Below, piece by piece: positions 39,608-53,360 of a DNA stretch of 64,000 nt. Made by a program: the position numbers and the translations under genes. Within the stretch, counting starts at the first letter, position 1; each line of letters opens with the position of its first letter. The notes under the pieces were generated by a model, which saw nothing but the letters and a program-made list of their open reading frames with translations, ran no database searches and had not been told where the DNA came from. Source of the DNA: an uncultured Actinomycetes bacterium (GTDB lineage Bacteria; Actinomycetota; Thermoleophilia; RBG-16-64-13); NCBI GenBank assembly GCA_963841735.1, contig CAWJDT010000001.1:64001-128000 (forward strand). Direction: 5' to 3'.

Positions 39608-40858
39608 TCACTTGAGAAAGCCCTCGTAGTGCCGCATTAGAAGCTGCGACTCCATCTGCTGCATGGTATCCAGAGCCACCCCAACCACAATCAAGATGGA
39701 AGTCCCTCCGAAGTAGAAGGGAACGCTCAGACCCTTGTACAGCGCCGTGGGTAGAAGAACGATGGCCGCCAAGAACAAAGCCCCCGGCAGGGTGATCCGC
39801 GTAAGCACCCGGTCGAGATAGGCCGCCGTCGGCCGTCCTGGGCGGATGCCGGGAACGAAACCGCCGTACTTCTTGAGGTTGTCGGCCTGGTCGATGGGAT
39901 TGAACTGCACCGCCGTGTAGAAGTACGTGAAGAGGATGATCAGAATGACCTCTGCCACGAGGTACCACCAGCTGTTGGGCCCGAATATCTCGGCCAGCTT
40001 CTTTGCCCAGCCCCAGGGAGCCATCTCCGCCAGCGTCACAGGAAACATCAGCACCGAGGAAGCGAAGATCACCGGGATGACCCCGGCCATGTTCACACGC
40101 AGGGGTAGGTAGGTACTTTGCCCCCCGTACACCTTTCGTCCGACCACCCTTTTGGCATATTGCACGGGAATCCGGCGTTGCCCTTGGGTCACCAGCACGA
40201 TGAACACCACCACCGCCACCGCTATGACGGCCATCAGCACCCAGATGCCCGGATTAAGAGTGAACAGCTTCCGCAGCCCACTGGGGAGCCGGGACACGAT
40301 GGAGGCGAAGATCATGAGCGAGATACCGTTGCCGATGCCCCGCTGCGTGATGAGTTCGCCCAGCCACATGACCATAACGGCGCCCACAGTCAGAGTCAGC
40401 GCCACTAGAACAAACTCTAGGCCGCCTACGCCTCCCTGGCCGAAAGCCCCGTACTTGCTGTCGAACAAGAAGACAAACCCGACAGCCTCGACGAGAGCGA
40501 GAGCTGCCGTAAAGTAACGAGTGTACTGATTGACCTTCTTCTGCCCGGCCGGCCCTTCCTTCATCAAGGCTTCCAGCCGCTTGCTAACCATCGTCAGCAG
40601 CTGCATGATGATCGACGCCGTGATGTAGGGCATGATGCCCATGGCGAAGATGGCCATCTGCTGCAGGGCCCCGCCAGAGAAGAGGTTGATGAAGTCCAGC
40701 ACCCCTCCGGTGCCGGTGAGATTCTTCACGGCATCCACATCGACACCAGGCACCGGGATGTAGCAGCCCAACCGATAAAGGCCGATGATCATCGCCGTGA
40801 AAAGCAGCTTCTTCCGAAGATCCGGGAGCTTCCAAGCGTTAAGCAGAGACTGCCACAT
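39608..40858 (-). CDS. secY: Preprotein translocase SecY
   Basis: GIMPYITASII, GIGNGISL, AGVIPVIFA, PGIRPG, GGTSILI. Confidence 0.99.
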   Translation of the reverse strand: MWQSLLNAWKLPDLRKKLLFTAMIIGLYRLGCYIPVPGVDVDAVKNLTGTGGVLDFINLFSGGALQQMAIFAMGIMPYITASIIMQLLTMVSKRLEALMKEGPAGQKKVNQYTRYFTAALALVEAVGFVFLFDSKYGAFGQGGVGGLEFVLVALTLTVGAVMVMWLGELITQRGIGNGISLMIFASIVSRLPSGLRKLFTLNPGIWVLMAVIAVAVVVFIVLVTQGQRRIPVQYAKRVVGRKVYGGQSTYLPLRVNMAGVIPVIFASSVLMFPVTLAEMAPWGWAKKLAEIFGPNSWWYLVAEVILIILFTYFYTAVQFNPIDQADNLKKYGGFVPGIRPGRPTAAYLDRVLTRITLPGALFLAAIVLLPTALYKGLSVPFYFGGTSILIVVGVALDTMQQMESQLLMRHYEGFLK

Positions 40859-40900
40859 CAGCCTTTCTCCCCTATGGTCCGAAGGTCACGCATCTGCATA

Positions 40901-41377
40901 CTATCCGAGCACTTCGGCAGTTCCGCCGGCAGCCTGGATTTTCGCCAAAGCCGAGGCGCTGAAGCCGTGGGCCTTGATGGCAAGAGGCTGGGTCAACTCG
41001 CCCATGCCCAAGATCTTGACCCGTTCGTCCAGCTTCTTGATGATGCCCTTCTCCAACAGGGAGTCAGGTGACACTTCTTCGCCGGCAACGAACACATCCA
41101 ACCGAGAGAGGTTCACGGGTGTCATATAAGTACGGAAAGGGCCGATGGGCATGGAGGTCTTGGCCAGCGGGCCACGCAGCTTGGGCAACCTCATGTGCAG
41201 AGGCATCTGCCCACCCTCATACCGAGGCGAGATCTGACCGCCGGACCGTTGCTTGGAACCCTTGTGGCCCCTGCCGGACGTCTTGCCCACGCCCGAGCCT
41301 GCGCCGCGGCCAACACGCTTCTTGCTGTGCTTGGCCCCGGGATCGGGCCTCAAATTGTGCAGGAAGATTTCTCCCAT
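40901..41377 (-). CDS. rplO: 50S ribosomal protein L15
   Basis: [25 protein letters not shown]. Confidence 0.98.
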   Translation of the reverse strand: MGEIFLHNLRPDPGAKHSKKRVGRGAGSGVGKTSGRGHKGSKQRSGGQISPRYEGGQMPLHMRLPKLRGPLAKTSMPIGPFRTYMTPVNLSRLDVFVAGEEVSPDSLLEKGIIKKLDERVKILGMGELTQPLAIKAHGFSASALAKIQAAGGTAEVLG

Positions 41378-41379
41378 AG

Positions 41380-41571
41380 CTATACCTTGTCCTTGATATC
41401 GACCACGTCAACCTGAAGCATGTACCGGATTTTGAGCAACATGCCCCGAATAGCCGGACTGTCCTCGTGATAGACCGTTTGGTTCATACGAGTGATGCCG
41501 AGCGCATCGAGCGTGGCTTTATGGTCCTTCTTACGATTTATCCGGCTCTTGACCTGAGTGATTTTCAGCAT
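41380..41571 (-). CDS. rpmD: 50S ribosomal protein L30
   Basis: [21 protein letters not shown]. Confidence 0.95.
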   Translation of the reverse strand: MLKITQVKSRINRKKDHKATLDALGITRMNQTVYHEDSPAIRGMLLKIRYMLQVDVVDIKDKV

Positions 41572-41575
41572 AATG

Positions 41576-42154
41576 TCACTCTCCGGTGAGCACAGCCGCT
41601 GGGGCCGCCGACTCGGCGATTCCGGCCACGGCCACGGGGGCATCGACCACCCGCTTGCCCAGGATTTCATCAATCGTCTTGCCGCGCTGCCGAGCGATGT
41701 CCTCGGGCCGACGCAGCGCACGAAGCCCCTGCTCGGCTGCCCGCACCATGTTGATGGGGTTAGTGGTTCCCAAACACTTGGTGAGGACGTCTTTGACCCC
41801 ACCCAGCTCCAACAGCGCCCGCACTCCGCCGCCGGCGATAACGCCCGTACCGGGAGAGGCCGGCCGCAGCACTACGCGGCCTGCGCCAAAGTGGCCCAAG
41901 ACCTCGTGAGTGATGGTGTTGCGGTGCTTGGGAATAACGAAGAGGTTCTTGCGCGCGTCCTCGATAGCCTTCTGTATGGCCAGCGGAACCTCTTTGGCCT
42001 TGCCATAGCCTACGCCGACCGTACAGTCGCTGTCGCCGACCACCACCAGGGCGGTAAACGAAAACCGCCGGCCGCCTTTGACCACTTTTGCGACGCGGTT
42101 TATGTGGATAACGCTCTCCTGAAGGTTGAGCGAATCTGCCTTGATCTGTGCCAA
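41576..42154 (-). CDS. rpsE: 30S ribosomal protein S5
   Basis: [23 protein letters not shown]. Confidence 0.99.
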   Translation of the reverse strand: MAQIKADSLNLQESVIHINRVAKVVKGGRRFSFTALVVVGDSDCTVGVGYGKAKEVPLAIQKAIEDARKNLFVIPKHRNTITHEVLGHFGAGRVVLRPASPGTGVIAGGGVRALLELGGVKDVLTKCLGTTNPINMVRAAEQGLRALRRPEDIARQRGKTIDEILGKRVVDAPVAVAGIAESAAPAAVLTGE

Positions 42155-42171
42155 AGTGCTACCCCTCTCCC

Positions 42172-42528
42172 TCAGAAATCCAGGCCGCCCTGGCGGGCAC
42201 CGTCCGCCAGAGCCTTGACACGACCGTGATACAAATACGGTCCCCTGTCAAATACCACTTTATCGATACCCGCGGCCTTGGCCTGTTGGGCCAAAAGCTC
42301 GCCTACCTTGCTTGCTTGATCCTTCTTGGGCAGACCCTTCTCGGTCACCTGCACGCTGCTCGCGCTGGCCAGAGTGTGCCCCTTGCTGTCGTCGATCACC
42401 TGCGCCCAGATGGCCCGATTGGACCGAAATACCGAAAGACGGGGGCGTTCGGCCGTGCCGCGCACCTTGCTGCGGACACGCACGGCCCGCCTTGCCCGCG
42501 TCGAGTTAGCTGTACCTTGTGTGCTCAT
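42172..42528 (-). CDS. rplR: 50S ribosomal protein L18
   Basis: [24 protein letters not shown]. Confidence 0.98.
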   Translation of the reverse strand: MSTQGTANSTRARRAVRVRSKVRGTAERPRLSVFRSNRAIWAQVIDDSKGHTLASASSVQVTEKGLPKKDQASKVGELLAQQAKAAGIDKVVFDRGPYLYHGRVKALADGARQGGLDF

Positions 42529-42544
42529 TTCGATCCTCTTCCCA

Positions 42545-43078
42545 CTACGCCCGCTTGCCGACTTTGCGCCGCACCACTTCGCCTTCGTAGCGAATGCCCT
42601 TGCCCTTGTAGGGCTCGGGTTTCCGTATGGAGCGGATCTCGGCAGCCACTTGACCGACGCGTTGCTTGTCGATGCCCCTAACCACGATCTGAGTGGGAAC
42701 AGGCACGTCGAACTCGATGTTCTCCGTCGGCTCCACAACCACCGGGTGAGAGTAGCCGACAAGGATCTCCAGGTCGACTCCCTTCTTGGATGCCCTATAG
42801 CCCACGCCCTGTATCTCCAGCTTCTTCTGGAAGCCAGCGGTCACCCCGGTGACCATATTGGAGAGCAGCGTGCGGGTAAGCCCGTGCAGGGACCGGTTAG
42901 GACCCGAGTCGTTGGGCCGGGTGACTGTCATTACGCCGTTGTCCAACGCCACGCTCATGTTCGGGTGAACGTCAAGCGACAACTGGCCTTTGGGGCCCTG
43001 GACGGCCACATTGTTACCGGCGATCGTGACGTCCACGCCGGTCGGGATATCTATTGGTGCTCTTCCTATTCGCGACAT
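42545..43078 (-). CDS. rplF: 50S ribosomal protein L6
   Basis: [14 protein letters not shown]. Confidence 0.99.
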   Translation of the reverse strand: MSRIGRAPIDIPTGVDVTIAGNNVAVQGPKGQLSLDVHPNMSVALDNGVMTVTRPNDSGPNRSLHGLTRTLLSNMVTGVTAGFQKKLEIQGVGYRASKKGVDLEILVGYSHPVVVEPTENIEFDVPVPTQIVVRGIDKQRVGQVAAEIRSIRKPEPYKGKGIRYEGEVVRRKVGKRA

Positions 43079-43082
43079 AGCA

Positions 43083-43481
43083 TTACCACACGAAACAGAT
43101 GACTTCGCCACCAACACCCAGCCGCTGAGCCTCCCGAGCCGTCATGAGACCACGCGAGGTGGAGATGACGGCCGTGCCCAGGCCCCCTAGGACCCTGGGG
43201 AGGTTGTCTTTCTTGGCGTAGATGCGGCGACCCGGCTTGCTGACCCTCTTCACCTGCGCGATAACGCGGCGACGGCCGTCAGTGTACTTGAGCTCGATCA
43301 CCAGTTTGTCAAAGCTAGTTTCTTTGACCACCGAGTAAGCGGCTATGTAGCCCTCATCGTGGAGCAGGCGAGCCAACTCCACCTTCTGGATTGAGGCCGG
43401 CATTTCGACCTGGGCATGGAGCGCCTTGTTGGCGTTCCGCACTCGGGTCAGCATGTCGGCTATGGGATCTGTATTAGGCAT
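43083..43481 (-). CDS. rpsH: 30S ribosomal protein S8
   Basis: [25 protein letters not shown]. Confidence 0.99.
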   Translation of the reverse strand: MPNTDPIADMLTRVRNANKALHAQVEMPASIQKVELARLLHDEGYIAAYSVVKETSFDKLVIELKYTDGRRRVIAQVKRVSKPGRRIYAKKDNLPRVLGGLGTAVISTSRGLMTAREAQRLGVGGEVICFVW

Positions 43482-43489
43482 GCCCCCTC

Positions 43490-43675
43490 CTACCAGCTCG
43501 ACTTAGTGACACCAGGGATAACCCCCTGGTGAGCCAGCTCACGGAGACAAATGCGGCACAGACCAAAGCGGCGGACATACCCCCGCGGCCGTCCGCACCG
43601 GAAGCAGCGGTTGTGGACCCGGACGTCGAATCTCTGCGGACGCCCTGCCTTCGCGATCATAGATTTCTTTGCCAT
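43490..43675 (-). CDS. rpsZ: 30S ribosomal protein S14 type Z
   Basis: 61 aa; CFRCGR..CRIC; KSSW. Confidence 0.98.
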   Translation of the reverse strand: MAKKSMIAKAGRPQRFDVRVHNRCFRCGRPRGYVRRFGLCRICLRELAHQGVIPGVTKSSW

Positions 43676-43694
43676 GCGCTGATGCTCCTATCCT

Positions 43695-44243
43695 TCAGCT
43701 CTCACGGAAAGGCATGCCCATAAACTTGAGCAATGCCCGTCCTTCGTCGTCCGTCTTGGCCGTGGTAGTGATGGCGATGTCTAGGCCCCGGATGCGATCG
43801 ATCTTGTCGTAGTCGATCTCGGGAAAGATGATCTGCTCTTTTATGCCCAGGTTGTAGTTACCCCGGCCATCAAAGCCGCCGGGGGCTACTCCGCGGAAGT
43901 CGCGGATGCGGGGCAGAGCGATGCTCATCAGCCGGTCCAGCATCTCGTACATACGATCGCCGCGCAGAGTAACCCGCAGGCCCACGGGCATACCGGTCCG
44001 CAGCTTGAAGTTCGCCACCGACTTGCGTGCCCGCCGCACCTGGGCCTTCTGACCGGCGATCTGAGCCATCTGCACAGCGGCTTCTTCCATACCCTTCGCA
44101 TCATGCGTGCCTTCACCGACGCCCATATTGAGAGTCACCTTGGTGACCTTCGGCACCTGCATGACGTTCACGTAGCCGAACTGCTCACGCATCGCCGGCA
44201 CGATGTCAGTGCGATACTTATCCTTAAGTCTAGGAACTGCCAT
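43695..44243 (-). CDS. rplE: 50S ribosomal protein L5
   Basis: [23 protein letters not shown]. Confidence 0.99.
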   Translation of the reverse strand: MAVPRLKDKYRTDIVPAMREQFGYVNVMQVPKVTKVTLNMGVGEGTHDAKGMEEAAVQMAQIAGQKAQVRRARKSVANFKLRTGMPVGLRVTLRGDRMYEMLDRLMSIALPRIRDFRGVAPGGFDGRGNYNLGIKEQIIFPEIDYDKIDRIRGLDIAITTTAKTDDEGRALLKFMGMPFRES

Positions 44244-44245
44244 CG

Positions 44246-44590
44246 CTAACCCTTATCAACCTGGACATTGCACTTCTTACAGTAACGGACCTTCTGGTCG
44301 CCCTGGATCCGCACGCCCACCCGCACCGCCTGGCTGCAGCTCGGGCAGACCAATCTCACGTTGCTGATGTGCATGCTGGCTTCACGCTCGATGACCCCGC
44401 CTTGGGGCACCTTCTTCGACGGCCGCACGTGCCGCTTGATGAAGTTCACGCGCTCCACCACGATCCGCTCTTCGCTCCCGAGCACGCGCAGGACCTTCCC
44501 ACGTTTGCCGTTCTCTTTGCCCTGCGTCACCTCCACGGTGTCGCCCCGCTTGATACGGAACTTCTTGCCGCGCTTTCTGGCCTCTGCCAT
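44246..44590 (-). CDS. rplX: 50S ribosomal protein L24
   Basis: IKRGDTV.V..GK..GKRGKV, HISNV. Confidence 0.97.
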   Translation of the reverse strand: MAEARKRGKKFRIKRGDTVEVTQGKENGKRGKVLRVLGSEERIVVERVNFIKRHVRPSKKVPQGGVIEREASMHISNVRLVCPSCSQAVRVGVRIQGDQKVRYCKKCNVQVDKG

Positions 44591-44958
44591 CACAGCACCT
44601 CCGGGGCCAGCGAGATGATCTTCGCGAAGTTCTTCTCGCGCAACTCGCGACCCACCGGGCCGAAGATGCGTGTACCCCGCGGATTCATCTGCCGATCGAT
44701 CAACACGGCGGCGTTCTCGTCAAAACCGATGTAGGTGCCATCACGGCGCCCATACGACTTCTTGACCCGTACCACTACGGCCTGGACCACATCGCCCTTC
44801 TTGACAGCACCGCCCGGAGTCGCCTCCTTGACAGCACCGACAATGATGTCGCCTACCCCGGCGTAGCGCCGCTGCGACCCGCCCTTGACACGGATGCACA
44901 AAAGCTCCCGCGCCCCGGTGTTGTCTGCGACCCTAAGTCTTGTCTCCACTTGTATCAT
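44590..44958 (-). CDS. rplN: 50S ribosomal protein L14
   Basis: MIQ.ETRL.VADNTGA, SLAPEVL. Confidence 0.99.
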   Translation of the reverse strand: MIQVETRLRVADNTGARELLCIRVKGGSQRRYAGVGDIIVGAVKEATPGGAVKKGDVVQAVVVRVKKSYGRRDGTYIGFDENAAVLIDRQMNPRGTRIFGPVGRELREKNFAKIISLAPEVL

Positions 44959-44986
44959 CGTGTTTCACCCATCCCCAGCCGCCGCG

Positions 44987-45247
44987 CTACTCGGCGCGCT
45001 CAAGCACCTTGATCAGGCGCCAGGTCTTGTCCCGGGAGAGCGGACGGCACTCACGCACAAGCACCGTATCGCCTACTCGAGCCTCGTTCTCCTCGTCATG
45101 AGCCTTCAGACGGTCGGTCGTACGGATGACCTTCGCGTACTTGGCGTGCGGCTTGACCGCGCTGACCTTGACCACTACGGTCTTGTCCATCGCGTCCGAG
45201 ACGACCACGCCCTGCCGTTCCCGTTGTTTTGTGGTCTTCTCTGCCAT
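44987..45247 (-). CDS. rpsQ: 30S ribosomal protein S17
   Basis: GVVVSDAMDKTVVV, ECRPLS. Confidence 0.98.
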   Translation of the reverse strand: MAEKTTKQRERQGVVVSDAMDKTVVVKVSAVKPHAKYAKVIRTTDRLKAHDEENEARVGDTVLVRECRPLSRDKTWRLIKVLERAE

Positions 45248-45436
45248 CAAAGCTCCCTCGCCCGTTCTCTCACGGATTGCATCGTCATGATCCTGGCGAT
45301 GTCCTGGCGCACCTGGTGGAGACGGCTGGTGTTCTCCAACTGACCGGCCGCGTGCTGAAAGCGAAGGTTGAAGAGCTCCTCGCGCGACTGCTTGAGGCGT
45401 TGTGCCAACTCTTCGTCAGCCAGTTCGACAATATCC

Positions 45437-45456
<20 letters not shown>
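45247..45456 (-). CDS. rpmC: 50S ribosomal protein L29
   Basis: [19 protein letters not shown]. Confidence 0.97.
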
Positions 45457-45862
<406 letters not shown>

Positions 45863-45899
45863 CTCTTATCCTCTGATTATGCGGCGTAAGTGGCGCCGG

Positions 45900-46574
45900 T
45901 CACCCTACGCGGGTCTCTGCCTGCCCACGGGACCCCAAGTCGAAGCCCTCGGGCATGATCTCACCCTTGTTTATCCACACTTTGACGCCGATCTTGCCAA
46001 ACGTCGTGTTCGCCTCACAGAAGCCGTAGTCAATATCGGCCCGCAGGGTATGCAGCGGCACCCGGCCCTCGCTGTACCCCTCGCTACGCGCCATCTCGGC
46101 CCCGCCCAAACGGCCTCCGGACCTTACCTTGATCCCCATGGCGCCTGAGCGCATGGCCGAGGTGATAGCCCGTTTCATCGCACGCCGGAAACTCACGCGA
46201 TTGGCCAACTGCTCGGCAATGGACTGCGCGACCAAGTTGGCGTCGAGTTCGGGTCTCTTGATCTCAAGGATGTTCACGTGTACGGCCTTGCCGGTCATGT
46301 CGTGGAGGTCGCGCCGTAACGCATCCACCTCCGAGCCCGACTTGCCGATCACGATGCCTGGCCGAGCGGTGTTGATGTCGATCACCAGCTTGTTCGTATC
46401 CTTGCGGATGATGACCGCGGAGAGTCCAGCGTGGCCCATCTTCCGCTGAATATGCTTGCGGATGGCCATGTCCTCTTGCAGGTAGCTGGCGAAGTGCCTC
46501 TCCGTGTACCAGTGAGCCTTCCAGTCGTGGATGATACCGAGCCGCATGCCTCCGGGATGAACTTTCTGACCCAT
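45900..46574 (-). CDS. rpsC: 30S ribosomal protein S3
   Basis: [27 protein letters not shown]. Confidence 0.99.
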   Translation of the reverse strand: MGQKVHPGGMRLGIIHDWKAHWYTERHFASYLQEDMAIRKHIQRKMGHAGLSAVIIRKDTNKLVIDINTARPGIVIGKSGSEVDALRRDLHDMTGKAVHVNILEIKRPELDANLVAQSIAEQLANRVSFRRAMKRAITSAMRSGAMGIKVRSGGRLGGAEMARSEGYSEGRVPLHTLRADIDYGFCEANTTFGKIGVKVWINKGEIMPEGFDLGSRGQAETRVG

Positions 46575-46577
46575 CTG

Positions 46578-46925
46578 CTACGACTCCTTCTTCTCGTCTA
46601 CGCACACGGTGATATGACTGGTCCTCTTGCGTATGGCGCTGGCTCGTCCCATCGCCCGCGGCTTGAACCGCTTCAAGGTGGGACCACCGTCTACGTACGC
46701 CCGCACCACATAAAGATCGTCAACATCGAGATCATTGTTGTTCTCGGCATTGGCCACCGCGGAATCGAGGACCTTACCCACCAGCTTGGCCGCGGCCCGC
46801 GGGCTCAGGGCAAGGATGGCTTTCGCCTCCGCGACCTTCTTGCCGCGGATCAGTTGAGCCACGTCACCGGCTTTTCGCGGGGAGACCCGCACATATTTGG
46901 CTGTAGCGCTGACCACGTCCGTCAC
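46578..46925 (-). CDS. rplV: 50S ribosomal protein L22
   Basis: [20 protein letters not shown]. Confidence 0.99.
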   Translation of the reverse strand: MTDVVSATAKYVRVSPRKAGDVAQLIRGKKVAEAKAILALSPRAAAKLVGKVLDSAVANAENNNDLDVDDLYVVRAYVDGGPTLKRFKPRAMGRASAIRKRTSHITVCVDEKKES

Positions 46926-47206
46926 TTCCTCTTCATACGGCGCTCTTTGTTGCCACCGTGACCCCGGAATGTGCGCGTCAGAGCGAACTCGCCCAGCCGA
47001 TGACCGACCATGCTCTCCGTAACGTAGATGGGCACATGCTTGCGCCCGTCATGTACGGCGATAGTGTGACCGATCATCTCAGGGTATATGGTCGAGGCCC
47101 GAGACCAGGTCTTCAGCATGCGCTTCTCGCCGGTCTGGTTCATGGTCTCGACCCGCTTCATCAGTCTCTCTTCGACGAAGGGAGCTTTTTTGCTTGAACG
47201 TGCCAC
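46922..47206 (-). CDS. rpsS: 30S ribosomal protein S19
   Basis: [19 protein letters not shown]. Confidence 0.98.
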   Translation of the reverse strand: MARSSKKAPFVEERLMKRVETMNQTGEKRMLKTWSRASTIYPEMIGHTIAVHDGRKHVPIYVTESMVGHRLGEFALTRTFRGHGGNKERRMKRK

Positions 47207-47214
47207 TTGCTCTA

Positions 47215-48048
47215 TTACCTCCCTTTCCCGCGTCGCCGGATGATGTACTTGGACGAAGGCTTCTTGGCATGACGGGTCTTGTGACCCAAAGTCGGGATAC
47301 CCCACGGTGTCACCGGGTTACGACCCGGAGGCGTGGAGCCTTCGCCGCCGCCATGCGGGTGATCCACCGGGTTCATCGTGGTACCGCGCACTCCGGGACG
47401 CACGCCCATCCAGCGCTTGCGCCCAGCCTTGCCGGTAACCAAGTTCTCGTGCTCAGCATTGCCGATCTCACCTATAGTCGCCCGGCATTCCAGGCGTAGC
47501 ATGCGCATCTCGCCCGAGGGGAGACGGAGGATAGCGTAATCGCCTTCCTTAGCCATGACCTGGGCCGAGCACCCAGCCGAACGTGCGATCTGTCCGCCCC
47601 GGCCCTTATACATCTCGATGTTGTGCACCACGGTACCAACCGGGATGTTCTTCAGCGGAAGGGCACAGCCCACCCGAATGTCGGCTCCCGGTCCGGCTTC
47701 GATAGTCGCGCCCACGCCCAGCTTGTTAGGAGCCAGGATGTAGCGCTTTTCGCCGTCGGCATAAACTACCAGTGCGATGCGGCAGTTGCGGTTGGGGTCG
47801 TACTCGATAGAGTCGATCCGTCCCGGCACGCCATCCTTGTCGCGCTTGAAGTCGATGATCCGGTAGAGTCGCTTGTGCCCCCCGCCCTGGTGCCGCGTGG
47901 TAATACGGCCGTTGTTATTACGTCCGCCTTTGCGCGGCGCCGGTTTGGTAAGCGACTTCTCCGGCTCGCTTCTTGTGATCTCTTCGAAGGCAGGCGTGGT
48001 CGCGAACCTGCGTCCGGGAGATGTCGGCTTGTAGCTCTTTATTGCCAT
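47215..48048 (-). CDS. rplB: 50S ribosomal protein L2
   Basis: [19 protein letters not shown]. Confidence 0.99.
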   Translation of the reverse strand: MAIKSYKPTSPGRRFATTPAFEEITRSEPEKSLTKPAPRKGGRNNNGRITTRHQGGGHKRLYRIIDFKRDKDGVPGRIDSIEYDPNRNCRIALVVYADGEKRYILAPNKLGVGATIEAGPGADIRVGCALPLKNIPVGTVVHNIEMYKGRGGQIARSAGCSAQVMAKEGDYAILRLPSGEMRMLRLECRATIGEIGNAEHENLVTGKAGRKRWMGVRPGVRGTTMNPVDHPHGGGEGSTPPGRNPVTPWGIPTLGHKTRHAKKPSSKYIIRRRGKGR

Positions 48049-48070
48049 GTCTCTAAAACCGCGTCCCTTC

Positions 48071-48355
48071 CTATGTCGCGCCGAAGAACTCTATCCGGTT
48101 GCCCGGAGCGAGCTCGACCACAGCCTTCTTCCACCGCTTGGTCATGCCCTTATGGGCACCCCTGCGCTTGGGCTTAGGCTTCACGTTTATGGTCTGCACA
48201 CCGATGACCTTGACGTTGAAGATCTCTTCAACCGCGGTCTTGATGTGGGGCTTGGTAGCCCGATAGTTGACTTCAAACGAGTACCGATTCTGGTCGATAG
48301 CCCGGTAACTCTTCTCCGACACGATGGGGCGGATGATGATCTCACGCGCATCCAT
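48071..48355 (-). CDS. rplW: 50S ribosomal protein L23
   Basis: [14 protein letters not shown]. Confidence 0.98.
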   Translation of the reverse strand: MDAREIIIRPIVSEKSYRAIDQNRYSFEVNYRATKPHIKTAVEEIFNVKVIGVQTINVKPKPKRRGAHKGMTKRWKKAVVELAPGNRIEFFGAT

Positions 48356-48993
48356 CAGACATCACCGCCTTCACTCACACCGCTTTCGAGGAAGGAAACA
48401 GCCGCCTCAGTGAACAGCAAGCTCTTCGCCCAGACGTAGTCCTGCACTTCAGCCTCGCCAACCGTCATAGCCCGAATGCCATTCAGGTTGCGGAAGCTCT
48501 TGAGGGCGCAGATCTCTTCGGCTCCCACCAAGACCAAGAGCGGCTTCTCGATCTCCGCCTTGCTCAGCAGTGTGACGGCCCTTTTCGCGGACGGCTCTAC
48601 GAACTCCGCCCCGCTCAGCACGCGGACCGTGCCCCCTGATACCAGGTCACCCAAGGCCATGCGGAACGCCTGGACCCTTTCCTTCTTGTTGACCTTCATA
48701 GCGTAGCTCCGGGGGATAGGCGGGAAAGCCACCCCTCCTCCGGTGAATTGGGACACCTTGCCCGAACCCACACGGGCGCGGCCGGTGCCCTTCTGCTTCC
48801 ACTGCTTGGCCGTGGTGCCGGCGACCTCGCCCCTGCTCTTGGCAGAGGCGGTGCCTTGGCGATGCCCGGCCAGTTCGGCCGTAACCACATGATGGAGCAG
48901 CCCTATGTTGATCCGGTCCTGCACCAGCGCGTCGGCCAACTCGTACTGGCCGACCACGGCACCTTTATCGTCAATCTTTTCGATGGATGGCAT
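48355..48993 (-). CDS. rplD: 50S ribosomal protein L4
   Basis: RQGT, QKGTGRAR, GGGVAF. Confidence 0.98.
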   Translation of the reverse strand: MPSIEKIDDKGAVVGQYELADALVQDRINIGLLHHVVTAELAGHRQGTASAKSRGEVAGTTAKQWKQKGTGRARVGSGKVSQFTGGGVAFPPIPRSYAMKVNKKERVQAFRMALGDLVSGGTVRVLSGAEFVEPSAKRAVTLLSKAEIEKPLLVLVGAEEICALKSFRNLNGIRAMTVGEAEVQDYVWAKSLLFTEAAVSFLESGVSEGGDV

Positions 48994-48997
48994 AAGC

Positions 48998-49606
48998 TTA
49001 ACCTTTGATCACGACCAGGGAACCCTTGCTCCCCGGGACCGCGCCTTTGACCATTACCAGGTTCTTGTCCGCGTCGGTCTTGACTACGGTCAGACCCATC
49101 TGCGTGACCCTTACGTTGCCCATCTGTCCCGGAAGCCGGGTCCCCGGATATACCCGGGCCGGATCCGCCGAGGAGCCGATGGAACCGGGCGCGCGGTGGA
49201 AATGCGAACCGTGGTAGCCGGGACCACCAGCGAACCCGTGCCGCTTGATGACGCCTTGGAACCCCTTGCCCTTGCTAACGCCGGTCACTTTGACCTCGTC
49301 GCCGGGGGCAAACACCTCCACCGTCACAGCTTCACCAACAGCCAGCTCATCCTCGCCCCGCACCTCTACCAGATGGCGCTTCGGTGCCACGCCGGACTTC
49401 TTCAGATGTCCAAGCAAGGGCCTGTTCAGCCGCTTCGCCTTGACATCGCCAAACGCGATCTGCGTCGCGGCATAGCCGTCGGTTTCCACCGTCTTCTTCT
49501 GAGTAACCAGGCAAGGCCCGGCTTGAATGACAGTGCACCGCACGACCGTGCCGTCTTCGTTGAAGTACTGGGTCATGCCCAGCTTTGTGCCTAGCAGCGT
49601 CTTCAT
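48998..49606 (-). CDS. rplC: 50S ribosomal protein L3
   Basis: KLGMTQ, SKGKGFQG, HRAPGSIG, KGAVPG. Confidence 0.99.
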   Translation of the reverse strand: MKTLLGTKLGMTQYFNEDGTVVRCTVIQAGPCLVTQKKTVETDGYAATQIAFGDVKAKRLNRPLLGHLKKSGVAPKRHLVEVRGEDELAVGEAVTVEVFAPGDEVKVTGVSKGKGFQGVIKRHGFAGGPGYHGSHFHRAPGSIGSSADPARVYPGTRLPGQMGNVRVTQMGLTVVKTDADKNLVMVKGAVPGSKGSLVVIKG

Positions 49607-49914
49607 CACAGTTTGATTTCTATGTCTACGCCCGCCGGGAGATCCATCCGCATCAGCGAGTCCACCGTCTTGGGGGTGGGCTGATGGATGTCAATCAGTC
49701 GCTTGTGCGTCCTGATCTCGAAATGCTCCCTCGAGTCCTTGTCCTTGAAAGGGCTACGAATCACGCAGTAGACATTCTTCTCTGTCGGCAACGGGACCGG
49801 TCCTGAAATGGTGGCGCCGGTGCGCTCAGCCGTTTCAACTATGGCCCGCGCGCTCTTGTCTACAAGCTCGTGGTCGTAGGCCTTGAGCCTAATGCGTATC
49901 TTCTGTTGCGCCAC
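49606..49914 (-). CDS. rpsJ: 30S ribosomal protein S10
   Basis: [25 protein letters not shown]. Confidence 0.99.
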   Translation of the reverse strand: MAQQKIRIRLKAYDHELVDKSARAIVETAERTGATISGPVPLPTEKNVYCVIRSPFKDKDSREHFEIRTHKRLIDIHQPTPKTVDSLMRMDLPAGVDIEIKL

Positions 49915-49924
49915 CGAGCAACTC

Positions 49925-51130
<1,206 letters not shown>

Positions 51131-51196
51131 TGAATCCTCCCTTTCTACCTGATTCGCTCAGGCGGCTGCCGCAGCCAGGCAGCCGGTTTGCCTTGT

Positions 51197-53326
51197 TCAG
51201 TCGTTTGAGTTCCGGCCGCCCTGCTGGGCGATTATTTCCTGCGCTATCGCGCTTGGTACCTCTGCGTAGTGGCTGAACTGCATGGTGTACAAAGCCCTTC
51301 CTTGCGTCATCGAGCGCACATCGGTGGCATAGCCGAACATCTGCGCCAGCGGCACCGCCGCCCGGATGACCTGGGCACCCGCCCTGAGTTCCATGCCCAG
51401 GATATGCCCTCGACGGGAACTGAGATCACCCATCACGTCGCCCATGTATTCCTCTGGCACCACCACTTCCACATCTTCGACGGGCTCGAGCAGCACCGGG
51501 TGAGCTTTCCTAGCCGCTTCCTTGAAGGCCATCGATCCCGCGATCTTGAAGGCCATCTCCGAAGAGTCGACTTCGTGGAACGAGCCGTCGATCAACTCGA
51601 CCTTGACGTCCTCCATCGGGAAGCCGGCCAGAATGCCGGTCTCCATGGCTTCTTTCATGCCTGCCTGCGCCGGTCCAATGTATTCCTTGGGCACCGCGCC
51701 GCCGACGATCTTGTTGATGAACGTGAAGCCGGTGCCTTCCTCGCTGGGCTCCATGTTGATGACCACGTGCCCGTACTGGCCGCGGCCACCAGTCTGCCGC
51801 ACGAACCGAGCTTCGATCTTCTGCACAGCCTTGGTGATGCCTTCGCGATAGGCTACCTGCGGGCGTCCCACATTGGCGTCTACTTTGAACTCACGCAACA
51901 GCCGGTCGACGATGATCTCCAGGTGCAGCTCGCCCATGCCGGCGATAATAGTCTGCCCAGTCTCTTCGTCGGTGCGCACCCGGAAAGTCGGGTCTTCCTC
52001 GGCCAACTTCATGAGGCTCTCGCCCAGGCGGTCCTGGTCGACCTTGGTCTTGGGCTCTATGGCCACAAAGATCACGGGATCTGGAAAGTCCATCACTTCT
52101 AGCACGATCGCGCTGCCCGCATCGCATAGTGTGTCGCCTGTGGTGGTGCCCTTCAGCCCCACTGCCGCAGCGATGTCGCCGGAACCGACCTCAGTGATGT
52201 CGTCGCGATGGTTGGCGTGCATTTGCAGGATGCGGCCTACCCGCTCCTTCTTGTCCTTGTTGGCGTTGTAGACATACGAGCCCGCCTTAAGACTGCCGGA
52301 GTAGACCCGGAAGTACGTGAGCTTGCCCACAAACGGGTCGGACATGATCTTGAAAGCGATGGCCGAGAAGGGCTCCTTGTCGTCCGCGTTCCTGACGATC
52401 GTCTCGCCATTATGCGGGTTGACTCCCTCCACCGGCGGCACGTCCAACGGCGAGGGCAGATAGTCTGTCACTGCATCGAGCAGCATCTGCACGCCCTTGT
52501 TTTTGAACGACGACCCGCACATCACCGGCGTAAGCTCGATGTCCAGAGTGGCCTGGCGAATCCCGGCCTTGATGCGCTCCTCCGAGATGGGCTTTCCATC
52601 GAGGTAATCCATCATCAGATGATCATCGCGCTCGGCCAGAGCCTCGATCAACTTAGTGTGGTCCGCTTCGGCCCGCTCCCGCATGTCTTCGGGGATGGGA
52701 CCCTCCTGCCATTCCATGCCCATGTCGTCCTCATAGAGGCAAGCCACCATGCGGACGAGGTCAATGACGCCGCGGAATTTGTCTTCACGCCCTATGGGTA
52801 GCTGAAGAACCAAGGGCCTCGCATGCAACCGGTCGATCATGGTCTGCACGCCGCGGTCAAAGTCGGCCCCTACTCGATCCATCTTGTTGATGAACGCGAT
52901 GCGTGGCACGTGGTACTTGTCTGCCTGCCGCCAAACCGTCTCCGACTGAGGCTCCACCCCTGCTACCGAGCAGAAAAGGGCGATGGCCCCATCGAGCACC
53001 CGCAGGGAGCGCTCCACTTCCATCGTAAAGTCCACGTGCCCGGGTGTGTCTATTATGTTGATACGATAATCGCGCCATTCACACGTTGTAGCAGCCGATG
53101 TGATGGTGATGCCCCGCTCCTGCTCCTGGGCCATCCAGTCCATCACGGCAGCGCCGTCGTGCACTTCGCCGATCTTGTAGGTCCGACCCGTGTAGTACAG
53201 GATCCGCTCGGTCGTCGTGGTCTTGCCCGCGTCAATATGGGCCATGATGCCTATGTTCCGCACCATCCCCAGCGGATGCCGCTGAGCCACCTTTGAGTCG
53301 GTCTTATTTGCAGTCGCTTGAGCCAC
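51197..53326 (-). CDS. fusA: Elongation factor G
   Basis: [25 protein letters not shown]. Confidence 0.99.
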   Translation of the reverse strand: MAQATANKTDSKVAQRHPLGMVRNIGIMAHIDAGKTTTTERILYYTGRTYKIGEVHDGAAVMDWMAQEQERGITITSAATTCEWRDYRINIIDTPGHVDFTMEVERSLRVLDGAIALFCSVAGVEPQSETVWRQADKYHVPRIAFINKMDRVGADFDRGVQTMIDRLHARPLVLQLPIGREDKFRGVIDLVRMVACLYEDDMGMEWQEGPIPEDMRERAEADHTKLIEALAERDDHLMMDYLDGKPISEERIKAGIRQATLDIELTPVMCGSSFKNKGVQMLLDAVTDYLPSPLDVPPVEGVNPHNGETIVRNADDKEPFSAIAFKIMSDPFVGKLTYFRVYSGSLKAGSYVYNANKDKKERVGRILQMHANHRDDITEVGSGDIAAAVGLKGTTTGDTLCDAGSAIVLEVMDFPDPVIFVAIEPKTKVDQDRLGESLMKLAEEDPTFRVRTDEETGQTIIAGMGELHLEIIVDRLLREFKVDANVGRPQVAYREGITKAVQKIEARFVRQTGGRGQYGHVVINMEPSEEGTGFTFINKIVGGAVPKEYIGPAQAGMKEAMETGILAGFPMEDVKVELIDGSFHEVDSSEMAFKIAGSMAFKEAARKAHPVLLEPVEDVEVVVPEEYMGDVMGDLSSRRGHILGMELRAGAQVIRAAVPLAQMFGYATDVRSMTQGRALYTMQFSHYAEVPSAIAQEIIAQQGGRNSND

Positions 53327-53360
53327 TATCTACTTTCCTCGTTATACAGAAGTACGAAGC

